Source: an uncultured Flavobacteriales bacterium
GTDB taxonomy: Bacteria; Bacteroidota; Bacteroidia; Flavobacteriales; BACL11
Assembly (NCBI GenBank): GCA_913063045.1
Contig: CAJXYM010000004.1
Location: 27,144-91,143 of the forward strand
Direction: 5' to 3'
Length of the DNA stretch: 64,000 nt
Shown here: positions 27,930-37,090 of the stretch, one piece after another
Layout: every line of letters begins with the position of its first letter
How positions within the stretch are numbered: the first letter of the stretch is position 1
Translations under genes and position numbers: made by a program
The notes under the pieces: generated by a model
The model's database searches: none
The model's input: the letters and a program-made list of their open reading frames with translations, nothing else
What the model was told of the DNA's origin: nothing

Positions 27930-28898
27930 ATGAAATCATCAATTGAAATAAAAAAAATAGCAAAAAAAGTTGTTGAAATAGAATTAGAAACTATTTCGCA
28001 ATTAGTTGATAATATTGATGATAATTTTGTAAAAGCTGTTCAGCTAATTGCCAATTCAAATGGAAGATTAATTGTTGCAGGTATTGGTAAAAGCGCAAAT
28101 ATTTCTCAAAAGTTAGTTGCGACATTTAATTCAACTGGACAGCCTGCTGTTTTTTTGCATGCAAGTGATGCTATTCATGGTGATCTTGGGGTTATACAAA
28201 AAGATGATATTGTTCTTTGTTTATCTAAAAGTGGTAATACGCCGGAGATCAAGTATTTAGTTAGTAATGTTAAGATTATGGGTAATATCATTATATCAAT
28301 TTCTAGTAACAAATCAGCTTTCTTATCTTTGCAATCAGATGTTAATATAGATTGTACTATTTTAAAGGAAGCTTGTCCTCATGATCTTGCACCAACATCC
28401 TCTACTACCGCACAATTAGTTTTAGGCGATGCTTTGGCAATTTGTTTATTAGAATACAGAGGGTTCTCTAAAGATGATTTCGCCAAGTATCATCCAGGAG
28501 GTATGCTTGGTAAACGATTAAGTTTAAAGGTTTCTGATCTTTTAATTAATAATAATGTTCCCTTTGTAAAAGCTGAAGCTTCATTTAAAGAAATTATAGT
28601 TGAGATTTCTAAAAACAGAATGGGTGCAACTGCTGTAATTGAAAATGAAAAATTAAAAGGAATTATTACTGATGGTGACCTAAGAAGAGTTATTGAAAAA
28701 AACTCTGATTTCATTAATACAAGAGCTTTTGAAATAATGAGCGCAAATCCTAAGGTTATTAATTCTGATAATTTAGCTTATGATGCCTTTATTATTATGA
28801 AGCAATCCAATATTACTCAATTAGTTGTTTTAAATAATAAAAATTATGTTGGGATAGTTCATATGCATGACATAATTAAAGAAGGGATTGTGAAATGA
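27930..28898 (+). CDS. kdsD: Arabinose-5-phosphate isomerase (KpsF/GutQ family)
   Basis: SIS domain (AGIGKSANISQK) followed by two CBS domains. 322 aa. Confidence 0.9.
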   Translation: MKSSIEIKKIAKKVVEIELETISQLVDNIDDNFVKAVQLIANSNGRLIVAGIGKSANISQKLVATFNSTGQPAVFLHASDAIHGDLGVIQKDDIVLCLSKSGNTPEIKYLVSNVKIMGNIIISISSNKSAFLSLQSDVNIDCTILKEACPHDLAPTSSTTAQLVLGDALAICLLEYRGFSKDDFAKYHPGGMLGKRLSLKVSDLLINNNVPFVKAEASFKEIIVEISKNRMGATAVIENEKLKGIITDGDLRRVIEKNSDFINTRAFEIMSANPKVINSDNLAYDAFIIMKQSNITQLVVLNNKNYVGIVHMHDIIKEGIVK

Positions 28899-29707
28899 AT
28901 GAAATAGATAATGAAATGTCTTTTTTAGATCATTTAGAAGTCTTTAGATGGCATCTTGTCCGCTCCGTAATATCAATATTTATATTTTCTGTTGTTGCTT
29001 TTATATTTAAAGATATTATTTTTGATTTGGTTCTCTTAGCTCCAATGGATCCTAATTTCCTAACCTATAGAGTATTGTGTAATATTTCTAGATTTCTTGA
29101 ACTAGGAGAGGCGTTATGTATTCAAGAATCTCCTTTTAGTTTAATGAATATTAGTATGTCAGGACAATTTTCGACACATATTAAAGTTTCAATTTTTGCT
29201 GGATTTATAATATCTTTTCCTTACGTATTTTGGGAGTTTTGGCGATTTATTTTGCCGGCTTTACATAATAAGGAGGCTAACGTTGCTCGCGGGATAGTAT
29301 TTTTTAGTTCTTCACTTTTTTTACTTGGTATTTTGTTTGGATTTTACGTTGTGGCTCCATTGTCAGTAAACTTTTTAGGCTCTTATCAAGTAAGTGAGAC
29401 TGTAGCTAACCAAATTAGTTTAACTTCTTTTATTTCAACTGTGACAACTGTTAGTCTGGCTAACGGTATAATTTTTGAACTACCTGTTTTAGTTTATTTC
29501 TTAACAAAAATTGGTTTGTTAACTCCAGAATTTATGAAAATGTATAGAAAACATGCAATGGTCTTAACATTAATTCTCTCGGCTATTATCACTCCTCCAG
29601 ATATCACATCTCAAATACTTGTTTCATTTCCTCTAATTATTTTATATGAGTTAAGTATTAGGATTTCAGCACGAGTAATTAAAAATCAAAACAAGAAAAG
29701 TATATGA
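28895..29707 (+). CDS. tatC: Twin-arginine translocase subunit TatC
   Basis: 270 aa, 6 TM. FLDHLEVFRWHL N-terminal motif typical of TatC. Confidence 0.9.
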   Translation: MNEIDNEMSFLDHLEVFRWHLVRSVISIFIFSVVAFIFKDIIFDLVLLAPMDPNFLTYRVLCNISRFLELGEALCIQESPFSLMNISMSGQFSTHIKVSIFAGFIISFPYVFWEFWRFILPALHNKEANVARGIVFFSSSLFLLGILFGFYVVAPLSVNFLGSYQVSETVANQISLTSFISTVTTVSLANGIIFELPVLVYFLTKIGLLTPEFMKMYRKHAMVLTLILSAIITPPDITSQILVSFPLIILYELSIRISARVIKNQNKKSI

Positions 29708-30429
29708 TTTTAAAGGCAGATAAAATTTTTAAATCTTATTCAAAAAAAAATGTTGTTACTGATGTTTCAGTAACCGTTGAGCAAGGAGAAATTGTTGGCC
29801 TTTTAGGTCCGAATGGTGCCGGTAAAACAACAACTTTTTATATTATAGTAGGCTTAATTAAAGCAAATAGTGGTTCAGTTTTTTTAGATAATAAAGACAT
29901 AACTAATCTTCCAATGTATAAGAGGGCTCAACTTGGGCTTGGTTATCTAGCTCAAGAAGCTTCTATATTTCGAAGTTTATCTGTAGAAGATAATATAAAA
30001 GCTGTTTTAGAAATAACATCATTATCTAAAGAAGAGCAAGTAGCTAAATGTGAACAATTATTATCTGAATTTGGTCTGTTAAAAGTAAGAAAAAGTCTTG
30101 GTGCTCTACTATCTGGTGGGGAAAGAAGAAGGACGGAAATTGCACGTGCCTTAGCAACTAACCCAAAATTTATTCTTTTGGATGAGCCATTTGCCGGCGT
30201 TGATCCAATAGCTGTTGAAGATATTCAATCTATTGTAAAGAAATTAGTTAAGAAAAATATTGGAGTGTTAATTACTGATCATAATGTACATGAAACTTTA
30301 TCAATAACTGACAGAGCATATCTTCTTTTTGAAGGATCAATTTTAAAGCAAGGAACAGCAAAAGAGTTAGCTCACGATGAGCAGGTCAGGAGATTGTATT
30401 TGGGTGAGAATTTTAAGTTGCGAGAATAA
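29704..30429 (+). CDS. lptB: LPS export ABC transporter ATP-binding protein LptB
   Basis: Walker A GPNGAGKTT, signature LSGGERRR, Walker B LLDEP, C-terminal RRLYLGENF. Confidence 0.9.
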   Translation: MILKADKIFKSYSKKNVVTDVSVTVEQGEIVGLLGPNGAGKTTTFYIIVGLIKANSGSVFLDNKDITNLPMYKRAQLGLGYLAQEASIFRSLSVEDNIKAVLEITSLSKEEQVAKCEQLLSEFGLLKVRKSLGALLSGGERRRTEIARALATNPKFILLDEPFAGVDPIAVEDIQSIVKKLVKKNIGVLITDHNVHETLSITDRAYLLFEGSILKQGTAKELAHDEQVRRLYLGENFKLRE

Positions 30430-30476
30430 ATATAGTCAAAGAATTAAAAAATAGATTTTTACTCTTGATAAATAAA

Positions 30477-30728
30477 TTATACTTCCTTTAGAGTAAATAT
30501 GTATGACTCCATTATCTGATTACATAGCATTTTTTTGCAAGCCTCATCTACCTTGTTGTTGGCATTAGATAAATTAGTAGCTTCTATTTCTAAAGTTACA
30601 TGCTTGCCAATCCTTACATTTTTTATTTCAGAAAGCCCTACATTTCCCATACTTGCACTTACTGCTTTACCTTGAGGGTCTAATAAAGATTTCAGAGGCA
30701 TTACATCTATTTCAGCTATGAATTTCAT
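30477..30728 (-). CDS. purS: Phosphoribosylformylglycinamidine synthase subunit PurS
   Basis: 83 aa. LLDPQGKAV motif typical of PurS. Confidence 0.85.
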   Translation of the reverse strand: MKFIAEIDVMPLKSLLDPQGKAVSASMGNVGLSEIKNVRIGKHVTLEIEATNLSNANNKVDEACKKMLCNQIMESYIFTLKEV

Positions 30729-31427
30729 TTATATATTGTTTATTAATGATAAAATTATGTACAAAATTACAATAAAAGGAATGGCTGCAAAATTAAATAA
30801 CAAGAATAATATTATCGATGATGATAAAAGTATTACTCTCAAAATATTTAATTTATCAATTGATATTTTTTTTAAGTTAACTTTTAAGGAAAATAAATTA
30901 ATCTTACTTACCAACAAGAATGATAATATTATGGATATTCCACATAGGAAAATAATATTAGAATAAATTGGAAATAGTTGAAGATTAATAAGTGGGATTG
31001 CGGCAATAAATATTGCTAGCATTGGAGTTGGAAGACCAATGAATGAATTTTTCTGACTGAGGTCAATATTAAAATTTGAGAGTCTAATTGCTGAGAAAAC
31101 AGGTATTATTAAAGCTAAAAAAGCCAAAGGAACCATATCTGGGTATTGAGTTTGAGATTGGTTTTTTATTAAATGAAATAAAATTATTGCTGGCGCAAGA
31201 CCCGAGGTTATTAAATCCGCCATACTATCTAGCTGCAGTCCAAATTTGTCTTCTACTTTTAGTAGCCTTGCAAAGAATCCATCAAAAAAATCTAAAAAAT
31301 TTCCTACAAAGATAAAGATTGCTGCTAATATTAAATTGTCGTTAAATGCAAATATTATTGATAGCACTCCACATAATAGATTAGATAGAGTTATAAAATT
31401 TGGTATATTTCTTATTAAAGCATTCAT
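30729..31427 (-). CDS. pssA: CDP-diacylglycerol--serine O-phosphatidyltransferase (CDP-alcohol phosphatidyltransferase family)
   Basis: Exact family motif D-G-x2-A-R-x8-G-x3-D-x3-D in DGFFARLLKVEDKFGLQLDSMAD. The start is either ATG 31427 (MNALIRNIPNF...) or the upstream ATG 31460. Confidence 0.8.
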   Translation of the reverse strand: MNALIRNIPNFITLSNLLCGVLSIIFAFNDNLILAAIFIFVGNFLDFFDGFFARLLKVEDKFGLQLDSMADLITSGLAPAIILFHLIKNQSQTQYPDMVPLAFLALIIPVFSAIRLSNFNIDLSQKNSFIGLPTPMLAIFIAAIPLINLQLFPIYSNIIFLCGISIILSFLLVSKINLFSLKVNLKKISIDKLNILRVILLSSSIILFLLFNFAAIPFIVILYIILSLINNI

Positions 31428-31439
31428 TTCAGCAAAAAT

Positions 31440-33014
31440 ATGATAATATTTGTAAAACATATGAAGAATTATATTTTGAGTTTTTTTTCTGCTATTCTTT
31501 TAAGTTTAGCATGGCCTGTTTCAGGCTATAGTTTTTTTATATTTTTTGCCTTTGTACCCCTTCTTTATGTTATCGAAAGTATCTCGGTTTCACTTGAAAA
31601 TGGATCCGGAAAAAAAGTTTATCTTTTTTCAGCAATAACCTTTCTTCTGTTTAATTTTTTTACTACATATTGGGTCTATCATGCAACTATGTTTGGTGTT
31701 GTAATTGCTTTTCTTGTTAACACATTTTTAATGTCTTCTGTTTTTTATCTTTTTTTTAAATCAAAAAAATATTTTAGTTCTAGGTTATCTTATATTGGAT
31801 TAGTTGTTTTTTGGATTTCTATGGAATTTTTCCACTTAAATTGGGACCTCTCATGGCCCTGGTTGAATTTGGGAAATTGTTTCTCAGAATCTGTTTTTTT
31901 AGTTCAATGGTATGAGTATACTGGTACTTTAGGAGGTTCTTTATGGGTGCTCGTTGTAAATATTTTAATTTTCAGAGTGCTTAAAAAGCCTAAAGACTTA
32001 AAATTAGTTTCTTTAGTATTGATGGTTGTGATTTTACCAATTGTATTTTCTTTTATAATTAAAAGTCAGAATAATGCATTGCAAAAAAAGTCTCAAAATA
32101 TTGTAATTGTTCAACCTAATATTAATTCATACACTGAAAAATTTAGTTTAAGTTATCAAAGTCAGCTTCATGATTTCATTGAATTAGCAAAAACAAAAAT
32201 TGATAGTACTACAGATTTATTAATTGGTCCCGAAACCGCATTAGTTGAAAGTTTATGGGAAAGTAAAATAGAATACTCTTACAGTATTAGAAAATTAAAA
32301 GATCTTCAGAAAGATTTCCCCAATTTAAGTATACTTATTGGAGCTACTACATATAAAGCCTACAATTCAATAGATGATAAAAGTGTCACATCTCGACAAT
32401 TGCGACATCAAGATATTTGGTATGATGCATATAATTCCGCAATATTTATTTCTAAATCGGGCGATTTAGATGTTTATCATAAGACAAAGTTAGTTCCTGG
32501 TGCAGAGAAAATCCCCTTTCCTTATTTATTAAATAATATTTCAGCTTTATCTGTAGATTTAGGCGGTGTTAGTGGTTCTTTGGGAAGTGATAATTATCTT
32601 AATAGTTTTGATATGCAAGGCTATTCTGTCCTTCCCCTCATCTGCTATGAATCTATTTATGGAGACTTAAATACTTCTAAAGAATTTGACTTTATGTGTG
32701 TAATTACTAACGATGGATGGTGGGGAAACACTTCAGGATATAAGCAGCATTTTAGTTATGCAAAATTAAGAGCCATTGAGCAGCGTAGGGCTGTTGTGCG
32801 AAGTGCAAACACGGGTCAATCCGGTGTAATTAATACTAATGGAGATGTTATTGCTTTTTCTGACTGGAATCAAAAAACAGCCATTGCTTCAATAGTTCCA
32901 ATTTGTAATAAAAAAACCTTTTATAATACTAATGGAGATTATATTGGAAGAATATCTTCTTTTATCTCCAGTATTTTGCTTTTAATGATTTTTGTTAAAT
33001 CAAAAGTGAAATAG
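31440..33014 (+). CDS. lnt: Apolipoprotein N-acyltransferase
   Basis: N-terminal multi-TM domain and C-terminal CN-hydrolase domain with catalytic Cys in PLICYES. An alternative ATG lies at 31461. Confidence 0.85.
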   Translation: MIIFVKHMKNYILSFFSAILLSLAWPVSGYSFFIFFAFVPLLYVIESISVSLENGSGKKVYLFSAITFLLFNFFTTYWVYHATMFGVVIAFLVNTFLMSSVFYLFFKSKKYFSSRLSYIGLVVFWISMEFFHLNWDLSWPWLNLGNCFSESVFLVQWYEYTGTLGGSLWVLVVNILIFRVLKKPKDLKLVSLVLMVVILPIVFSFIIKSQNNALQKKSQNIVIVQPNINSYTEKFSLSYQSQLHDFIELAKTKIDSTTDLLIGPETALVESLWESKIEYSYSIRKLKDLQKDFPNLSILIGATTYKAYNSIDDKSVTSRQLRHQDIWYDAYNSAIFISKSGDLDVYHKTKLVPGAEKIPFPYLLNNISALSVDLGGVSGSLGSDNYLNSFDMQGYSVLPLICYESIYGDLNTSKEFDFMCVITNDGWWGNTSGYKQHFSYAKLRAIEQRRAVVRSANTGQSGVINTNGDVIAFSDWNQKTAIASIVPICNKKTFYNTNGDYIGRISSFISSILLLMIFVKSKVK

Positions 33015-33067
33015 ATTTATTAGCTTTCAAATTCTATTTTCATACCAATTTCTACTAACTCCTTAAA

Positions 33068-33415
33068 TTATTCCTTAATCAAGTCTGGAACATTAGATAA
33101 CGTGCTATCTAATGTTAATCCTGCTACTACCTGAAGGTCATATTGCAGAAGGAATGTGTCCCCTTCTAAAGCAATTGAGTCTCCATAGTATAGTCCTTCT
33201 GCCATTGCAGCAATTCCCATATTAGGATCTTTGATATTAAATGAAGATACTGTTTGTGTATTGTGATCAGTGACCAAATTATATCCTTTATTAGTTTTTG
33301 AAGATACCTCACTTATGTTAAAGTTAACTGATGAGTTGCTTAGCCCAAATGATATTAAAAGTATTATCATAAGTCCTGTAAGAGTCCATGTTAATGGTGT
33401 TTCAATTTTTTTCAT
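33068..33415 (-). CDS. Hypothetical membrane-anchored protein
   Basis: 115 aa with one N-terminal TM/signal anchor (LTGLMIILLISFGL). I recognise no family. Confidence 0.45.
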   Translation of the reverse strand: MKKIETPLTWTLTGLMIILLISFGLSNSSVNFNISEVSSKTNKGYNLVTDHNTQTVSSFNIKDPNMGIAAMAEGLYYGDSIALEGDTFLLQYDLQVVAGLTLDSTLSNVPDLIKE

Positions 33416-33457
33416 AATTAGCTTTTTAAAGTTATACTGCTAATATAATAAAATATT

Positions 33458-34231
33458 TCACTTTAGATTTTTAGGTATAATACACACAGGGATTGGCAGT
33501 ATCTTATGCTGATTCTTTAGATTTAAACTTTTATAGATTTTTAAAACTTCTAGTTGTCTACTATTTAAATTATCCAGCATTTTATTTTGATTCATAGCCC
33601 ATTCCAGTTCGGTATATGTAGCGCCAATTTGATCTTCGTCTGTTTTGTTATCTCCCCATAAACCGTCTGTAGGAGGAGCTTTAATAATAGTTTTACTTAC
33701 TCCTAATTCATTAGCTATAAGGTAAACTTCTGATTTTAATAAGTCAGCAATTGGGCTAATATCTACACCGCCATCACCATACTTTGTGAAAAATCCAATT
33801 CCAAAATCTTCAATTTTATTTCCAGTTCCAGCTACCAGGTAATTGTTTATTTGTCCATAATAGTATAGAGTAGACATTCTAAGACGTGCTCTAGTGTTAG
33901 CTAGTGCAAGTTCTGACCTATGATTCTTTGTTGGGACCTTTTCTTTAAAGCTATCAAAAACATTGCTTAGATTGATTTCTAAAGAGCTCACATTGGGATA
34001 AATTTCTTTTAGAGATGATAAATGCTTGCTTGCCCTATTTACTTGCTCAATATCTTGATGAATAGGCATTTCTAAACATAAGAGTGGTATTCCAGCTTTT
34101 GCTATTAGAGTTGATGTAACTGCAGAATCAATACCCCCAGAAATTCCAATAACAAAACCATCAGTTTTTGAAGAGATGTGATATTTTTTAATCCACTCTT
34201 GAATAAATAATATTGTTTCTTTTACATCCAT
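33458..34231 (-). CDS. nadE: NH3-dependent NAD+ synthetase
   Basis: PP-loop GISGGIDS. 257 aa. Confidence 0.9.
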   Translation of the reverse strand: MDVKETILFIQEWIKKYHISSKTDGFVIGISGGIDSAVTSTLIAKAGIPLLCLEMPIHQDIEQVNRASKHLSSLKEIYPNVSSLEINLSNVFDSFKEKVPTKNHRSELALANTRARLRMSTLYYYGQINNYLVAGTGNKIEDFGIGFFTKYGDGGVDISPIADLLKSEVYLIANELGVSKTIIKAPPTDGLWGDNKTDEDQIGATYTELEWAMNQNKMLDNLNSRQLEVLKIYKSLNLKNQHKILPIPVCIIPKNLK

Positions 34232-34242
34232 AAGCCTTGTTA

Positions 34243-34250
34243 CAAAGGTA
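34243..34250 (-). promoter_or_regulatory. Bacteroidetes -7 promoter box TACCTTTG for nadE
   Basis: Exact TAnnTTTG match on the minus strand, 11 nt upstream of the ATG. Confidence 0.4.
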
Positions 34251-34259
34251 AGTGTTTCT

Positions 34260-34267
34260 TATCTTTG
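34260..34267 (+). promoter_or_regulatory. Bacteroidetes -7 promoter box TATCTTTG for gldB-gldC
   Basis: Exact TAnnTTTG match. 5 nt separate the G from the ATG at 34273. Confidence 0.45.
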
Positions 34268-34272
34268 TGACT

Positions 34273-35259
34273 ATGAAAATATTTTTTAGTTTATTTTTTA
34301 TTTTTTTCTTTTTGAGTTGTAATGATTCTAATGATGATAAAATGGAATTAGAGATATTTAGATTTGAAAATAGTTTATTTAACTCAACCGAAAATAATAT
34401 CAACTCTCAAAGGATAATCTGGCATCAAGAGCTTGGTGCCTTCTCTAATTATTATGACCAAATTATTTTGGGATTGTCAAGTACAAATGATAGTTCTTAT
34501 CATACGAGTTTACTTAGTTTTATAAATCATCCTGATATGAAAGAGGTGTATGACTCAATTGCTAAAAGTTTTGTGGATTTTACAATTCACAAACAAGATC
34601 TAAATGAAGCGCTTGATGCTTATGAAAACTTACTTCCTCATGAAATAGTCCCAAAATTCATTACAATGTTTAGTGGTTTTAATTATGGAGTAATTGCATA
34701 TGACTCTGTTTTAGCTATTGGATTAGATTTTTATCTTGGAGAAAAATCTGTTTTTTATGAAAGACTAAGAAACCCAGAATATCTAAAATTTCAAAAACAA
34801 AAAAAGTTTATGCTTGCTAATGTTTTTGAGGCATTATGTAATAGGGATTGGGAAGAGTATCATCAAGGGAATGATTTTTTATCGAGTATTATTTATAAAG
34901 GAAAGGTTATGTATTTTCTCAATAAAATTTTACCTGGTCGATCGGAAAGTAATATTTTAAGATTTAGCGAAGATCAGTACCAATGGTGTGAAGATAATGA
35001 GTTTTTAATTTGGTCTTATTTTATTGAAAATGAATTATTGTTTTCTACTAAAGAAAGTCGCTATATGTCTTATCTTAATTACTCTCCTTTTGCCAAAGGA
35101 ATGCCAAAAGAATCTCCAGGTAGAATTGCTTATTATATTGGTGGTAATATTATTGATAATTATATGAGCCAAAATAAAAATATATCCTTTGAGGATTTAA
35201 TGAAACAAACAGACTATAGATTAATATTAAAAGAATCAAAATACAAACCAAAAAGATGA
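34273..35259 (+). CDS. gldB: Gliding motility lipoprotein GldB
   Basis: The ATG at 34273 gives MKIFFSLFFIFFFLSCNDS (signal peptide plus lipobox). About 328 aa, followed by gldC and flanked by nadE, as I recall for F. johnsoniae. The track's GTG at 34252 lies upstream of the promoter box. Confidence 0.75.
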   Translation: MKIFFSLFFIFFFLSCNDSNDDKMELEIFRFENSLFNSTENNINSQRIIWHQELGAFSNYYDQIILGLSSTNDSSYHTSLLSFINHPDMKEVYDSIAKSFVDFTIHKQDLNEALDAYENLLPHEIVPKFITMFSGFNYGVIAYDSVLAIGLDFYLGEKSVFYERLRNPEYLKFQKQKKFMLANVFEALCNRDWEEYHQGNDFLSSIIYKGKVMYFLNKILPGRSESNILRFSEDQYQWCEDNEFLIWSYFIENELLFSTKESRYMSYLNYSPFAKGMPKESPGRIAYYIGGNIIDNYMSQNKNISFEDLMKQTDYRLILKESKYKPKR

Positions 35260-35576
35260 AACAAATTTTAAAATTTGAAGTAGAATTAGATGAAAATAAT
35301 CTGCCTGAAAATATAAAGATGATGCCAGATGGTTCAAGTAAAGGCCAAATAGATTTAAAAGCATTAATGATTGCTGGATGGGACTCTCTAAAAAAAGAAA
35401 CTCTTCGAGTTGATATTTGGACCAAAGATATGCCTGTAAATGATATGTTTATTTTGTATCATCAAAATATGATGAGTATGGCTACTTCGTTAGAAAAGTC
35501 TACCGGACAAGATAAATTGGCTGAGGCTTTAAGAGATTATTGCGCCTTCTTTGCTAAAGAGACCAAGATTCTTTAA
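35256..35576 (+). CDS. gldC: Gliding motility-associated protein GldC
   Basis: 106 aa. FEVELDENNLPENI...WTKDMPVNDM...YCAFFAKE pattern. 4-nt overlap with gldB. Confidence 0.75.
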   Translation: MKQILKFEVELDENNLPENIKMMPDGSSKGQIDLKALMIAGWDSLKKETLRVDIWTKDMPVNDMFILYHQNMMSMATSLEKSTGQDKLAEALRDYCAFFAKETKIL

Positions 35577-36178
35577 TTTTTAATAGTAGCAGTATTTAAT
35601 TCTTGAATGTAATCTGTTATTTGATTTAATCCAGTTTTTTCCTTGGCTGATGTAGTGAATATTTTTGGGATTTCTTCCCAATTCTTTAGCATACTCTTCT
35701 TGAAATTTGCTAAGTTTTTATTTATTATATTTTTCCCAAGTTTATCAGTTTTTGTAAAAACTATTGTAAAGGGAATATTGTTTTCAGCAAGCCAAGTCAT
35801 AAATTCACTATCAATTTCTTGTAGCTTATGACGAGAGTCAATGAGTACAAATAAGCAAACTAAAGTATGTCTATTTATTAAATATTGGCTAATCATCTTG
35901 TGAAATTTAGCTCTTTCTGTTTTTGATATCTTTGCATATCCATATCCAGGAAGATCCACTAAGTACCAAAAGTCGTTTATTATGAAATGATTAATTAATT
36001 GGGTCTTTCCAGGAGTGCCAGATATCTTTGCTAAGTATTTATTGTCAGCTAAAGCATTTATTAATGATGATTTTCCAACATTTGATCTTCCAATAAAAGC
36101 ATATTCAGGTTTTTCTCCGCTTGGGCATAATTTGTAGTCAGTATTACTTATTACAAACGAGGCCTTTTTAATTTTCAT
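35573..36178 (-). CDS. engB: Ribosome biogenesis GTP-binding protein EngB/YsxC
   Basis: G1 GRSNVGKSS, G3 DLPGYG, G4 TKTDK. Confidence 0.9.
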   Translation of the reverse strand: MKIKKASFVISNTDYKLCPSGEKPEYAFIGRSNVGKSSLINALADNKYLAKISGTPGKTQLINHFIINDFWYLVDLPGYGYAKISKTERAKFHKMISQYLINRHTLVCLFVLIDSRHKLQEIDSEFMTWLAENNIPFTIVFTKTDKLGKNIINKNLANFKKSMLKNWEEIPKIFTTSAKEKTGLNQITDYIQELNTATIKN

Positions 36179-36179
36179 A

Positions 36180-36929
36180 CTAAAAATTGTCTTTTAGAAA
36201 GGATAGAACATGTTCGCTAAATTCTTTTGGATGTTCCCACATTGGAGCGTGACCACAATTATCTACCCAGAAAAGTGTCGGATTTGGTAGTAATTTATTA
36301 AATTCTTCAGCAACATGTGGAGGAGTTACTTTATCATATTTACCCCAGATTAAACATGTTGGAATATTAAATTTAGGAAGGTCTTTCGCCATATTATGTC
36401 TTATGGCAGATTTAGCAAATGCTAAAAGTCTTATAATTGATTCTCTTTTATTTGCAATATCAAAAATTCTATCTACTAATTCTTTAGTTGCAACCTTTGG
36501 ATCATAAAAAACTTCTTCAGTTTTATGTTTTATGTAATCATAGTCCCCTCTTCTTGGAAAGGTATCACCCATGGAGCTTTCATATAAACCAGAACTTCCA
36601 GTTAGAATTAGAGACTGTACTTTTTCTGGATATAGTTTTAGAAAAATCAATCCAATGTGTCCTCCCATTGAATTACCTACTAATGTTGCTTTTTCAACAC
36701 CAATATGTTCCATGAATTTATGAAGATAGATGGCTTTATTTTTAACTGAACATTTAAGAAGTGGTGTTTCAAAAAGCTTAAGATCTAGCCCATAAACTTT
36801 ATAGTCATTTGATATAAAATCTACCATTTCACCAAAGTTTTCAACGCCACCCATCAAGCCGTGTAATAGAATAATTGGATCTCCAGAACCTTCTTCTAAA
36901 TATGTAAACCCACCGCTTGATTTAACCAT
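36180..36929 (-). CDS. Alpha/beta hydrolase
   Basis: Oxyanion LLHG, nucleophile elbow GNSMGG, C-terminal CGHAPM. I prefer the ATG at 36929 (MVKSSGG...) to the track's TTG at 36959. Confidence 0.8.
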   Translation of the reverse strand: MVKSSGGFTYLEEGSGDPIILLHGLMGGVENFGEMVDFISNDYKVYGLDLKLFETPLLKCSVKNKAIYLHKFMEHIGVEKATLVGNSMGGHIGLIFLKLYPEKVQSLILTGSSGLYESSMGDTFPRRGDYDYIKHKTEEVFYDPKVATKELVDRIFDIANKRESIIRLLAFAKSAIRHNMAKDLPKFNIPTCLIWGKYDKVTPPHVAEEFNKLLPNPTLFWVDNCGHAPMWEHPKEFSEHVLSFLKDNF

Positions 36930-37030
36930 GCTCTTTTTTTTTATGATACAAATTAACAAAAATTATAATTAACTATATCTAATCATGGTTGATTGTATAG
37001 GTTTTGTTTGGTGTTTAAAGTTATCAACAA

Positions 37031-37057
37031 AGTGGGTAATAGTGGTAAAAAGTGGGG
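37031..37057 (+). promoter_or_regulatory. Candidate MraZ operator: three AGTGG(G) direct repeats with 10-bp phasing
   Basis: AGTGGG at 37031, AGTGG at 37041 and AGTGGGG at 37051. They sit immediately upstream of a -7-like TTATTTTG box and the mraZ TTG start at 37091. Confidence 0.6.
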
Positions 37058-37090
37058 TTATTTTGTATATTTACATGAAAAATTAATAAG

